Assembly: GCF_003945235.1 (NCBI RefSeq)
Contig: NZ_RSDW01000001.1
Coordinates: 4,470,001 to 4,502,000 of the forward strand
Source: Edaphobacter aggregans
GTDB taxonomy: Bacteria > Acidobacteriota > Terriglobia > Terriglobales > Acidobacteriaceae
Length of the DNA: 32,000 bases
Direction: 5' to 3'
Shown: in pieces, positions 1-9,721 of the stretch
Layout: each line of letters starts with the position of its first letter
Numbering within the stretch: the stretch's first letter is position 1
The notes under the pieces: model-generated
The model's database searches: none
Told to the model about the DNA's origin: nothing
What the model saw: only the letters and a program-made list of their open reading frames with translations
Translations under genes and position numbers: made by a program

Positions 1-453
1 TTGCCGCCCGCACCAGGATGGCACAACCAGGAAGCTTTCGCCACCGTCTTCGGGTTTATCCCGCGAATCCTCGCGGCAAGCCTGATTGCTTTCTGGGCCG
101 GCGAGTTTGCCAACTCCTACACCATGGCACAGCTAAAACTGCTTACCAACGGACGCATGCTATGGACCCGTACCATCGGCTCGACCGTCGTCGGACAGGC
201 AGTCGATACCACCATCGTCATTACGCTCACGTTTTGGGGGACGGTTCCTATTTCCACGCTGGCGAACATGATCGGTACCGGCTACGCCCTCAAAGTAGGG
301 TATGAAGTTCTCGCTACGCCCCTGACGTACCTCATTGTTAACTGGCTCAAGCGAGCCGAGAACGCCGATGCCTTCGATCGACATGAGAACTTCAACCCGT
401 TTTCCTTTGCCGAAAAGGTGCAGTCCCGCTCCGAGACCTATACCCCTCGTTAA
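1..453 (+). CDS. Queuosine-precursor transporter (YhhQ/VUT, COG1738-like), C-terminal part; the 5' end lies outside the window
   Basis: The frame is open from base 1 to TAA at 451-453. The hydrophobic segments and the pattern ASLIAFWAGEFANS...GRMLWTRTIGSTVVGQAVDTTIVITLTFWG match the conserved C-terminal half of YhhQ-family membrane proteins. Confidence 0.6.
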   Translation: MPPAPGWHNQEAFATVFGFIPRILAASLIAFWAGEFANSYTMAQLKLLTNGRMLWTRTIGSTVVGQAVDTTIVITLTFWGTVPISTLANMIGTGYALKVGYEVLATPLTYLIVNWLKRAENADAFDRHENFNPFSFAEKVQSRSETYTPR

Positions 454-648
454 AATTGGTCCGTCCACCTAAAGCACTTTCGTGTCGCAAATTGCGAACC
501 CTTCCCGAAGACCTTGGCATCTAAACCTGAAACTTAGATTTGTATCGTGGTGATTTTGCAGAAGCTTGCGTCGAATTTCTCCTGTCTCTCTCTTGGATTA
601 GGGGATCGTCAGGGCACCAAAGTTACCGTATTTGAAGGAGAAACACCC

Positions 649-1740
649 TTGTCCTTGATCTCGAATGCCCGTCGCGCTCTGCCGTTTGTAGGATGTGCGT
701 TCCTCACCCTGCTTGCGGGTTGCAAACAGAAAGCGCCAGCCGCACCCCCACCTCAGGCGATGCCAGTGCAGGTCGCCCCCGTCACACTTTCGCCGGTTCC
801 CAGCTCGGACACCTACGTCGCCACAATTAAAGGTCGCCGCTCGGCCACCATGCAGCCGCAGGTCGACGGGAATCTCACGCGCATACTCGTAAAGTCGGGC
901 GATCTGGTCAAGTCCGGACAGCTGCTGATGGTGATCGATCCACTCAAGCAGGCTGCAACGGTTCAGTCGCAGGCAGGAACCCAGGCGCAGAAAAAAGCCC
1001 TCTACGATTACACGAAGATCCAGGTAGAGCGGCAGCGCAAACTCTTTGAGGCTGGCGTTGTCTCCCGCGATGCCTACGATCAGGCCATCCAGGCCTACGA
1101 GAATGCTAAGGCAGACTATGAGGCCAACGCGGCCCTCACCGATACGCAGAAGCAGCAACTGGCCTACTATGAGATTCGTGCACCCTTTGACGGCGTTGTC
1201 GGCGACATTCCAGTCCACATTGGCGACTATGTCTCTCCCACCACGGTGTTGACCACGGTCGATGAGAACGTCGATCTTGAGGCCTACATCTACATCCCCA
1301 CCGAGCGCGCCGGACAGGTTCGCACCGGCCTTCCGGTCGAGATCGTGGACATCGACGGCAACAGCCTCGTAAAATCCACTATCAACTTCATCTCTCCGCA
1401 GGTTGACGGCGGACTGCAGAGCATTCTGGCCAAGGCCCCGATTCCTCGCGGCACGAAGGGGCTCCGCACCGAGCAGCTTGTCAAGGCGCGAGTCACCTGG
1501 AACACGAATCCTGCTCCTGTTGTTCCAGTGCTCGCTGTTACCCGTGTGAACGGCCAGAGCTTCGTCTTTGTCGCCGCGCAACAGGGCGATGGATACACCG
1601 CGCACCAGGTGCCGGTAACGCTCGGCGATACGGTTGGCAACACTTACCCCGTCCTCAAGGGGCTTAATCCCGGCGACAAAGTCATTCTTTCCGGGCTGCA
1701 GTTTCTCCAGGAAGGTGCTCCCGTCAAGCCGTTGGGCTAG
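649..1740 (+). CDS. RND efflux periplasmic adaptor (membrane-fusion protein, HlyD/AcrA family), lipoprotein
   Basis: The track ORF is 547..1740. An in-frame TTG at 649 lies 8 nt after GAAGGAG (634-640) and yields MSLISNARRALPFVGCAFLTLLAGC, a lipoprotein signal with a LAGC lipobox. The body shows a coiled-coil region and YEIRAPFDGVVG-type barrel-sandwich motifs. It sits directly upstream of an RND pump. Confidence 0.85.
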   Translation: MSLISNARRALPFVGCAFLTLLAGCKQKAPAAPPPQAMPVQVAPVTLSPVPSSDTYVATIKGRRSATMQPQVDGNLTRILVKSGDLVKSGQLLMVIDPLKQAATVQSQAGTQAQKKALYDYTKIQVERQRKLFEAGVVSRDAYDQAIQAYENAKADYEANAALTDTQKQQLAYYEIRAPFDGVVGDIPVHIGDYVSPTTVLTTVDENVDLEAYIYIPTERAGQVRTGLPVEIVDIDGNSLVKSTINFISPQVDGGLQSILAKAPIPRGTKGLRTEQLVKARVTWNTNPAPVVPVLAVTRVNGQSFVFVAAQQGDGYTAHQVPVTLGDTVGNTYPVLKGLNPGDKVILSGLQFLQEGAPVKPLG

Positions 1741-1829
1741 GACGCGGTGCATTGCGCGGCGCTGCCGTCCCGGCGCCGCAACGACTCACGCTTCACCCCC
1801 GGGCCAACCGCGCCGGATAGAGGTACACC

Positions 1830-4800
1830 TTGGTCGACTTCTTCATTCGCCGCCCGATCTTCGCTACGGTCTGCGCGCTGCTCATCATTCTGGCAGGCGC
1901 CGTCTGCATCCCGACGCTGCCCATCTCGCTCTACCCGCAGCTCGCTCCACCTCAGGTCATCGTGACCAGCAACTACATCGGCGCCAACGCCAAAGATGTT
2001 GAGTCTGCCGTCACTATCATCCTTGAGCAGTCCATCAATGGTGTTGAGGGCATGCGGTACATGAGCTCCACCAGCTCGAACGACGGCACGTCTGCCATCA
2101 CCGTCACCTTTAATACTGGCTACGACCTCAACATCGCAGCGGTTGACGTGCAGAACCGCGTCGCCTCTGCCCAGGGTCGTTTGCCGGCCGTCGTCAACAA
2201 TACCGGCATCACGATCACCAAGGCGAACTCGAACTTCGTGCTGGCCGCTGGCTTCATCTCGCCTGATCACTCCCTCTCCCAAGCCTTCATCTCCAACTAT
2301 CTCGATGTTTTCGTTCGCGACGCCCTCAAACGCGTCCCCGGCGTGGGCGATGTCATCATCTTCGGCGAGCGCAAGTACGCCATGCGCATCTGGCTTGATC
2401 CCAGCAAACTAGCCGCCCGCGGACTCACCGCTCTTGACGTCACAAACGCGCTCGCGGAGCAAAACGTCACGGTCGCGGCAGGTCAACTCGGTCAGCCGCC
2501 GATGAGTTCAACCCAGAACTACCAGATGGCTATCCGTGTGGTTGGCCGTCTCAGCGATCCCCAACAGTTCGAGAGCATCGTTATCAAGAACAACCCGGCT
2601 ACCGGCGCGATTGTCCTGCTAAGGGACGTGGGACGTGCCGAGATCGGTGCTGAAAACTACGACACCGACCTTAAATTCGGCGGCGGCGGTATTGATGCTG
2701 GAGAAGCTATCGGCATCGGCGTCCAGCAACTTTCCAATGCCAACGCTCTGGATGTTGATAGGCGTTGCCGCGCGGTCCTCAAAGAGCTTGAAAAATCTTA
2801 CCCTCCAGGCATGAAGGGCATCATCGCTGTTGACACCACGACCGTCATCGGCGATTCGATCCGTGAGGTCGTTCAGACCATCGGCGAAGCCATCGTCATC
2901 GTCATCATCGTCATCTTCCTATTCTTGCAGGACTGGCGTGCCACCATTATCCCGGCCGTTACCATTCCCGTTTCGCTCATCGGGACCTTTGCCTTCATCA
3001 AGATCTTCGGCTTCTCTATTAACTCACTGACGCTCTTCGGCATCACTCTCGCCACAGGGTTAGTCGTAGACGACGCCATCGTCGTCATCGAGAACGTGCA
3101 GCGCCATATCGAGAAAGAGCACTGCGATAGCCACGCCGCGACCTCGCGCGCCATGGCCGAAGTCACCAGCGCCGTTATCGCCACCTCGCTCGTTCTCATC
3201 TCGGTCTTCATCCCGGTTAGCTTCTTTCCCGGAACGACCGGCATTCTGTACAAACAGTTCTCGCTGACGATCGCCTTTTCGATTGCGATCTCCGCCTTCA
3301 ACGCACTCACGCTCTCTCCCGCGCTCGCCGCGATCCTTCTCCGATCCGAGCAAGTGCACACGGGACTGATGGGGCTGCTCCTCAACCCAATCGAACGCCT
3401 GATCCAATGGATCATTCGTGTCTACGCCCGCATCGTCACCTTCGTCGTGCGCATCCGCTACGTCATGCTGGTGCTCTTTATCGGCGCTCTTGCAGCCACG
3501 GTGTACACGTACAACCGTGTCCCCACGGCCTTTGTTCCGCAGGAAGACCAGTCCTACTTCCTCATCATCGTGCAGACGCCGCCGGGAGCCTCGCTCAGCT
3601 ACACCTCCGAGTTCGCCGACCGCGTTTCTGCAGTCGTCCGCAAGAATGACGGCGTCTTCGGCACCTTCTCCGTTATGGGCTTCTCGCTCTCCGGCGGCAG
3701 CTCTCCCAACTCCGGCCTCATCTTCGCCCCGCTCAAGCCAATCGACGAGCGCACCAAGATGGGACCCCAATTCAGCGCCAAGGCCATCGTGCGCGAGGTT
3801 GGCCCTAAACTCTTCGGCGTACCCGGTGGCATCGCCTTCGCCGCTGAGCCTCCCGCCATCGCCGGTATCGGAACCGTCGGCGGATTCCAGTTCATCCTTC
3901 AGGACGGCGGACGCAACACCTTCGAAGACATCGACCGCGTAGCCCACACGATTGTGGGTCAAGCCCGCGCCGGTAACGAACTCATCGGCATGAACACGAC
4001 ATTCACGGCCAACGACCCGCAGCTTCACGTCGCTGTCGATCGTGAAAAGGCCAAGTCGATGGGCGTTCCCTTCGGTCAGGTCACAGCAGCCATGGGAACC
4101 TTCATGGGCTCGACCTACGTCAACGACTTCGACTTCAACAATCGCTCCTATCGCGTCTACGTACAGGCCGACCAGCAGTTCCGCCGCAATGCCGGAGACC
4201 TGCGCCAGTACTACGTCCGCTCCGACCCCGGAAAGCTTGTCCCGCTCGACAACCTGGCTGTTCTCACAGAGACCTCCGGTCCGCAGGTCATCAACCACTA
4301 CAACCTCTTCCGCTCCGCCGAAATCGACGGTTCGCCCGCACCGCGCCTCAGTTCAGGACAAGGCCTCGCAGCGATGGAACGTCTCTTCGAAAAGAACAAG
4401 CTGCAAGGCATGAGCTTCTCTTGGACAGGCCTCGCGCTCGAAGAGGTTGAGTCCGCCGGCAAGGCCATCATCATCTTTGGCCTCGGGCTGCTCGTCGTGT
4501 ACCTCACGCTCTCCGCTCAATACGAGAGCTTCGCGCTACCGTTCATCATCCTGCTCGCCGTTCCCATGGCCGTGCTCGGTGCGCTCTTGCTCGTAGCCGG
4601 TCGCGGCATGGACAACGACGTCTACGTGCAGATCGGTCTCGTCATGCTCATCGGTCTCTCTGCGAAGAACTCCATCCTTATCGTCGAGTTCGCCGAGCAG
4701 CAGTTGGAGCTGGGGAAGAGCATTATCGACGCGGCCATCATCGCCGCTGAGCTTCGCCTCCGTCCTATCCTGATGACCTCCATCGCCTTCATCCTCGGCG

Positions 4801-5033
4801 TAGGTCCGCTCTTCTTCGCCGCCGGAGCCGGAGCCTACGGCCGTCGCTCAGTCGGCACCGCAATCGTCGGCGGCATGGTTCTCTCTACCGTGCTGAACCT
4901 CTTCTTCATCCCGGTCCTCTACGTCATCCTCAAGACAATCTTGGTCCACTTCACCAGCAAACCGAAGCCGCGGCCAGAGGGTTGCCCCGAGCCGGACGAG
5001 GAGCCACTGGTCCAGCGGCAATTGACCCACTAA
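1830..5033 (+). CDS. RND multidrug/hydrophobe-amphiphile efflux permease (AcrB/HAE1 family)
   Basis: 1067-aa ORF with a TTG start. It has the characteristic N-terminus MVDFFIRRPIFA and conserved blocks VVDDAIVVIENV and SAKNSILIVEFA. The layout is 12 TM helices with two large periplasmic loops. Confidence 0.95.
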   Translation: MVDFFIRRPIFATVCALLIILAGAVCIPTLPISLYPQLAPPQVIVTSNYIGANAKDVESAVTIILEQSINGVEGMRYMSSTSSNDGTSAITVTFNTGYDLNIAAVDVQNRVASAQGRLPAVVNNTGITITKANSNFVLAAGFISPDHSLSQAFISNYLDVFVRDALKRVPGVGDVIIFGERKYAMRIWLDPSKLAARGLTALDVTNALAEQNVTVAAGQLGQPPMSSTQNYQMAIRVVGRLSDPQQFESIVIKNNPATGAIVLLRDVGRAEIGAENYDTDLKFGGGGIDAGEAIGIGVQQLSNANALDVDRRCRAVLKELEKSYPPGMKGIIAVDTTTVIGDSIREVVQTIGEAIVIVIIVIFLFLQDWRATIIPAVTIPVSLIGTFAFIKIFGFSINSLTLFGITLATGLVVDDAIVVIENVQRHIEKEHCDSHAATSRAMAEVTSAVIATSLVLISVFIPVSFFPGTTGILYKQFSLTIAFSIAISAFNALTLSPALAAILLRSEQVHTGLMGLLLNPIERLIQWIIRVYARIVTFVVRIRYVMLVLFIGALAATVYTYNRVPTAFVPQEDQSYFLIIVQTPPGASLSYTSEFADRVSAVVRKNDGVFGTFSVMGFSLSGGSSPNSGLIFAPLKPIDERTKMGPQFSAKAIVREVGPKLFGVPGGIAFAAEPPAIAGIGTVGGFQFILQDGGRNTFEDIDRVAHTIVGQARAGNELIGMNTTFTANDPQLHVAVDREKAKSMGVPFGQVTAAMGTFMGSTYVNDFDFNNRSYRVYVQADQQFRRNAGDLRQYYVRSDPGKLVPLDNLAVLTETSGPQVINHYNLFRSAEIDGSPAPRLSSGQGLAAMERLFEKNKLQGMSFSWTGLALEEVESAGKAIIIFGLGLLVVYLTLSAQYESFALPFIILLAVPMAVLGALLLVAGRGMDNDVYVQIGLVMLIGLSAKNSILIVEFAEQQLELGKSIIDAAIIAAELRLRPILMTSIAFILGVGPLFFAAGAGAYGRRSVGTAIVGGMVLSTVLNLFFIPVLYVILKTILVHFTSKPKPRPEGCPEPDEEPLVQRQLTH

Positions 5034-5053
5034 GTGTGAATACCGTAAGTCCA

Positions 5054-5100
5054 GACCCACCTTCGCGTAGCTAGATCGCGCAAGGTGGGTCGTTGTTTTC
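5054..5100 (+). terminator. Rho-independent terminator after the RND operon
   Basis: GACCCACCTT(5054-5063)+CGCG pairs with CGCG+(C bulge)+AAGGTGGGTC(5082-5091). The stem is followed by GTTGTTTTC. It starts 21 nt after the pump stop codon. Confidence 0.7.
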
Positions 5101-5140
5101 ACGAGCGTTTCCCACGTAGCGATCGAGCTATCATGCCTCC

Positions 5141-6454
5141 ATGGCCAAGCGAACTCCCTCCGCGCACCAGAGTTGGCTCCCCGCAGCTAATGATTCCGCA
5201 AACGGCTTCCCCCTAACCCACCTCCCCTATGGAGCCTTCGAAACCGAAGGCCAGCAGCACCTCTGTGTCGCCATTGGCACCCACCTGCTCGACCTCTACG
5301 AATGCGCCGCATCCAAACTCCTCCCGCGAAGCATAGCCGCCGCCTGTCAAGCCGCGATCCTGAATCCACTCATGGCCCTCGGCCCGCGTTCCTGGGCGCT
5401 GCTCCGCGATACCCTCACGGAACTCCTCCATATCTCCGTCGAAACATCCCGCAGACAAGTCGCCGAAGCCGCACTCCACTCCATCGCCGGCGCCACGCTC
5501 CTCAAGGCAATACACATCCCCGACTACACCGACTTCTACGCCTCCATCCACCACGCCACCCGCGTCGGCAAGCTCTTCCGCCCCGACCAGCCGCTCTTTC
5601 CCAACTACAAACACGTCCCCATCGGATATCACGGTCGTGCGTCCTCAATCCTTCCCAGCGGCATCCCCATCCAGCGTCCCCACGGACAGACCTGCCCTGA
5701 CAAACCTGACGGCGCTCCCGGCTTCGGCCCCACCAAATCACTCGACTACGAACTGGAGCTGGCGTTCTACATCGGCCAATCCAACCCTCTCGGAACCCCC
5801 ATCCCAGTCGGAAAGGCATCTAGCCACATCTTCGGCATCTCGCTCCTCAACGACTGGTCCGCCCGCGACATCCAGTCCTGGGAGTACCAGCCTCTCGGCC
5901 CCTTCCTCGCCAAAAACTTCGCAACAACCGTCTCCCCTTGGGTAACACCGATGGCCGCTCTCGAACCCTTCCGCGCCCCTGCCTCACCGCGCCCCAAAGG
6001 AGACCCCAAGCCACTTCCATACCTCCGCTCATCAGCCGATCAACGATCGGGCAGCCTCGACATAAAGCTCGAAGTATTCCTCTCGACCAACACTATGCGG
6101 GCAAACAAGCTCCCCCCATTTTTACTGAGCCGATCCAACGTTCAGGACCTTTACTGGACCCCCGCCCAACTCCTCGCACACCACACCAGCAACGGTTGCA
6201 ACCTCCAGATCGGCGACATCCTCGCCACCGGAACCATCTCTGGCCCATCCCCCACCTCGGCAGGCTGCCTTCTCGAACTCACAAGCAACGGCGCAAAACC
6301 CATCGCCCTGCCCACCGGCGAAACCCGCAGCTTCCTCTCCGACGGCGATGAGGTCATCCTCCGCGGAACCTGCGAGACCCCCGACCACCCACGCCTCACC
6401 CTCGGAGAGTGCCGAGCCGCCATCCTCCGTGCCCACTCTCCCAGCACCGCTTAG
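5141..6454 (+). CDS. fahA: Fumarylacetoacetase (FAA hydrolase, tyrosine/homogentisate catabolism)
   Basis: 437-aa ORF with an FAA-hydrolase N-terminal domain followed by the FAH fold. Motifs include HIFGISLLNDWSARDIQSWEYQPLGPFLAKNF and IGDILATGTISG. Confidence 0.85.
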   Translation: MAKRTPSAHQSWLPAANDSANGFPLTHLPYGAFETEGQQHLCVAIGTHLLDLYECAASKLLPRSIAAACQAAILNPLMALGPRSWALLRDTLTELLHISVETSRRQVAEAALHSIAGATLLKAIHIPDYTDFYASIHHATRVGKLFRPDQPLFPNYKHVPIGYHGRASSILPSGIPIQRPHGQTCPDKPDGAPGFGPTKSLDYELELAFYIGQSNPLGTPIPVGKASSHIFGISLLNDWSARDIQSWEYQPLGPFLAKNFATTVSPWVTPMAALEPFRAPASPRPKGDPKPLPYLRSSADQRSGSLDIKLEVFLSTNTMRANKLPPFLLSRSNVQDLYWTPAQLLAHHTSNGCNLQIGDILATGTISGPSPTSAGCLLELTSNGAKPIALPTGETRSFLSDGDEVILRGTCETPDHPRLTLGECRAAILRAHSPSTA

Positions 6455-6724
6455 CCCATACCGTAGGGGCACAACCATAATCGAAATGTAAGACAGTTAG
6501 TTCAATTGTTAGGCAATGACAGAGCCTCACTCGGCTACGATGATTTGGCCCATCTTCAATACGAGTGGCTACTTTGGTGCTGGGTCGGAGTGTATTCTCC
6601 AGACTGAATAACGATCCGGCTCGTCAGTGGCTGCGGAGGAGGTTGTCCGGGGCTCGTGATCAGGTGGGAGTGGAACGTTTACAGTCGTGGGCGAGTGTCG
6701 CTCTCGATCGAAGAAGGAGATGTC

Positions 6725-7057
6725 ATGCAGGCTGAATCGGACTGCACACTGGTCATCGTCGCGTATAGGCCCAAGGCGGGCAAAGAAGCTGATCTGCTGC
6801 AACTGACGCGGGAGCATGTTCCTCTTCTGCGTGCTGAGGGCCTGGCTACAGACCGGCCTGTGATCGCAGGGCGAGCGCAGGCCGGCACCATCGTTGAGGT
6901 CTTCGAGTGGGCGGTGGGTGGCATTGAACGGGCGCACAGCGATCCAGTTGTGATGAAGCTCTGGGAGCGGTGCGCCGCCGCCTGCGATATCGTGCCGTTG
7001 ACCTCGCTGGCAGAAGCAGCCACCATGTTCGCATCGTTCACACCTCTGGTTCTTTAG
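6725..7057 (+). CDS. Small ABM-like (ferredoxin-fold, antibiotic-biosynthesis-monooxygenase-like) protein, function unknown
   Basis: The ATG at 6725 is preceded by GAAGGAGA (6711-6718 region). The longer track ORF from 6656 has no RBS. The pattern TLVIVAYRPKAGKE...EVFEWAVGGIERAHSDPVVMKLWE resembles ABM/Dabb domains (beta-alpha-beta, E-W-x-S/A-x-H). Confidence 0.4.
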   Translation: MQAESDCTLVIVAYRPKAGKEADLLQLTREHVPLLRAEGLATDRPVIAGRAQAGTIVEVFEWAVGGIERAHSDPVVMKLWERCAAACDIVPLTSLAEAATMFASFTPLVL

Positions 7058-8226
7058 GCAAAGAGTCTCTTCTGTGTTGCGGCTTCTATGGTGGGTTCCG
7101 GTTTGCGTAGCACTTCACCGGTTCGCGGTCGTGAGCGGTCTTTGGAGCGGCCGCCCAGATTGTATTTGCGGCAGACGCGGTAGACGACCTCAGACATCTG
7201 CTGGCGATAGGCGGGGGAGGCGAAGTCAGCGTTGTCGAAGCGGCGGTGGTAGTCGGGTTCGAGGGAAGGGAAGTGCTCGCGAACGAAGCTCAGGTAGGTA
7301 GGACGTGAGCACGGCTTGAGGAAGAGCGGGTTGGCAACGAAATAGCTGGCGTTTGCCTCCGCGGCTCGGCGGGCCATGCCGTCGAGGGCTTCTTCCGAAT
7401 CGGTGATGCCAGGGAGCAGCGGGGAGCAAAGGATTCCGGTGCGGATGCCGGCTTCGCGCAGGAGTCGGACGGCCTCGAAGCGGAGATCGGGGCGTGGGGC
7501 GCGGGGTTCGAGTTTGCGGGCGAGAGCGGCGTCTGCGGTGGTAATGGTGATGTTGACCGCAAGGGTGTTGTGGCGGGCGATCTCGGCTAAGAGGTCGATG
7601 TCGCGGGTGATGAGGCGGGATTTGGTGACGATACCAAGCCTGTAGCCAGACTTGCGGGCGAAGACTTCGAGGATGCTGCGGGTGATGCCGGCGCGGCGTT
7701 CTATGGGCTGGTAAGGATCAGTGGCGGTGCCGAGGGCAATTTCTTCGGCGGGGTTGATCTTTCGTAGCTCCTGTTCGAGCAGCCAGGCAGCGTTTTGCTT
7801 GAGGAAGATGAGGCGCTCGAAGGTGAGGGGATTGTGCAGGTCAGGAGGCCCAGGATCGTGAGGGGAGTCCTGATCGTGAATGTCGATGGGCTCCGGATTG
7901 TGCAGGCAGGCTGGTTGGGTCTCGGGCGTGGCCTCCTCCGAGGCGTAGCCAGCAGTCTCCGGAGTTTTTGGCGCCATGAACTCATGCGTGTAGCGCGCAT
8001 AGCAGTAACGGCAGCCAAACTCGCATCCACGGTATGGGTTGATGCTGTAGGCCATCCAGAGCATGCGTCTGGAGACGGTTCGGTTGAGGATGCTGCGGAC
8101 GGCGAGGGTCTTGAATTCGATGAGATGGCCGTCGTCGGCGTGTTTGGCCTCGGCGGCCAAGCGGGCGATGCCAATGGGGTGCTGGGGGAAGATAGGGAAG
8201 AGCGACGCGCTGTTTATTTTCGCCAT
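7054..8226 (-). CDS. Radical SAM protein, SPL/PA0069 (SplB-like, COG1533) family
   Basis: CEFGCRYCY, a CxxxCxxC 4Fe-4S/SAM cluster motif (codons about 8002-8025), is preceded by SINPYRGC. A downstream GTATDPYQPIE block is typical of this family. The start is an ATG at 8226. Confidence 0.8.
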   Translation of the reverse strand: MAKINSASLFPIFPQHPIGIARLAAEAKHADDGHLIEFKTLAVRSILNRTVSRRMLWMAYSINPYRGCEFGCRYCYARYTHEFMAPKTPETAGYASEEATPETQPACLHNPEPIDIHDQDSPHDPGPPDLHNPLTFERLIFLKQNAAWLLEQELRKINPAEEIALGTATDPYQPIERRAGITRSILEVFARKSGYRLGIVTKSRLITRDIDLLAEIARHNTLAVNITITTADAALARKLEPRAPRPDLRFEAVRLLREAGIRTGILCSPLLPGITDSEEALDGMARRAAEANASYFVANPLFLKPCSRPTYLSFVREHFPSLEPDYHRRFDNADFASPAYRQQMSEVVYRVCRKYNLGGRSKDRSRPRTGEVLRKPEPTIEAATQKRLFA

Positions 8227-8371
8227 TTATTCGCCTCTTGAGGATGAGCATAGGGCGGTTTCATCCGCTCGTCAAGCGGCTGGGTAAAGCTTCTGAATTC
8301 AGCGCAGGGTGCCGTCTAAATCTTCACGAGAGATTAAGGGTTGTGGTCGTATAATCGCGGCTCACAAGCTT

Positions 8372-9721
8372 ATGTCCTATTGCGACTACGCGCGGCGATC
8401 GGTTCGGCGATATCTGAGGACGTCCCTGGGCACGATTCTTTTTCTGCTCGTGGTGAGTAGCTTGTCGACACGGGACGCTTCTGCTAAGACCAGTCCTCAA
8501 GCCGTACTGACACCGGTGTCCGTGTCGTTCCCTAACACAGCCGTAGGTAAGACAAGTGCTGCTCAGACTGTGACGTTGTCGAATCCTGGTACGGCGACGT
8601 TGAAGATCACCGGAATTACTTTGACCGGCACTGATCCTAAGGACTTCTCGCTCAGCAAGACTTGCGGGTCGAAGCTGTCCAAGGGGGCTAGCTGTACGCT
8701 GTCGGTTACGTTTGCTCCGTCCGCTTCGGCGAGCTTGAGTGCAATTGTCAGTGTTACGGACAATGCTGCAGGATCACCTCACACTGTCAGTCTTAGCGGA
8801 ACCGGCACGGGGGCTACCGTTTCGACGCAGTCGCTGGTCATTGAGCCGGACCAGGGGATTACGCCGATCTATGATCTGCTGAACTCTGCGAAGAAGAGCA
8901 TCGATATGACGATGTATGAGCTGATTGATACCCAGGCTCAGCAGATTCTGGCGCAGCAGGCGGCCAAGGGCGTCGTGGTGCGAGTCATTCTTGATCAGGC
9001 TCTTGAAAAAAGCAGAAACGTGCCGGTTTACACGTTCCTGAATGCGAATGGAGTGAAGGCAGTTTGGGCTAATCCCGCCTTCGCGGCTAGTCACCAGAAG
9101 ACGGTCACGGTTGACGGAAAGACGACGGCGATCATGTCGTTGAATCTCACGAGCCAGGACTACTCCAGCACGCGCGACTTCGCTGTGATTGAAGGCAACG
9201 CCAACGATGTTGCTGCTGTTGAGGCTACGTTCAATGCTGACTTTGCCTCGAGTGCGATCACGCCGCCTACAGGCGATGATTTGATCTGGAGTCCTACTAA
9301 CTCGCTGACGGCTTTGCTCGGGTTGATCAACTCGGCGAAAGCGAGCTTGAAGGTGGAGAACGAGGAGATGGGAGATGCTCAGATTGTTACGGCGCTGGAG
9401 AACGCGGCAAAGAGGGGTGTGGCGGTTGAGGTTGCCATGACCAACAGTGGGACGTATACGACTGAGTTCAATGCGCTGAAGGCGGCGGGCGTGAAGATAA
9501 GTACGTACACTCCCACGGCCCCGCTTTACATCCATGCCAAGCTGATTCTGGCGGACTATGGGGAGAGTGGGCAGGTCGCGTTTGTTGGTTCGGAAAATTT
9601 CTCCAGCCCCTCGTTGACGCAGAATCGCGAGTTGGGGCTTATGGTGACCGATCCTGGGATTCTGGGATCACTAAATACTACGTTTGGGAGTGATTTTCAG
9701 GGCGGGACTCCCTGGCCTTAG
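8372..9721 (+). CDS. Secreted protein: choice-of-anchor-D (ASPM/SPD-2/Hydin-like beta-sandwich) domain plus two phospholipase-D HKD domains
   Basis: The ATG at 8372 gives a signal peptide (LGTILFLLVVSSLSTRDASA|K). The N-terminal domain is FPNTAVGKTSAAQTVTLSNPGTATLKITGITLTG..DFS....CG..L..GASCTLSVTFAP. There are two HxKxxxxD motifs: HQKTVTVD and HAKLILAD...GSENFS. The track ORF starts at GTG 8309, which is less likely. Confidence 0.8.
   Translation: MSYCDYARRSVRRYLRTSLGTILFLLVVSSLSTRDASAKTSPQAVLTPVSVSFPNTAVGKTSAAQTVTLSNPGTATLKITGITLTGTDPKDFSLSKTCGSKLSKGASCTLSVTFAPSASASLSAIVSVTDNAAGSPHTVSLSGTGTGATVSTQSLVIEPDQGITPIYDLLNSAKKSIDMTMYELIDTQAQQILAQQAAKGVVVRVILDQALEKSRNVPVYTFLNANGVKAVWANPAFAASHQKTVTVDGKTTAIMSLNLTSQDYSSTRDFAVIEGNANDVAAVEATFNADFASSAITPPTGDDLIWSPTNSLTALLGLINSAKASLKVENEEMGDAQIVTALENAAKRGVAVEVAMTNSGTYTTEFNALKAAGVKISTYTPTAPLYIHAKLILADYGESGQVAFVGSENFSSPSLTQNRELGLMVTDPGILGSLNTTFGSDFQGGTPWP

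Noticed and set aside
598-4298. Large antisense or alternative-frame ORFs across the RND adaptor and pump (598..1752 minus, 3060..4298 minus, and others)
   Set aside because: They overlap genes with strong family signatures, and their sequences are compositionally biased with no motifs.
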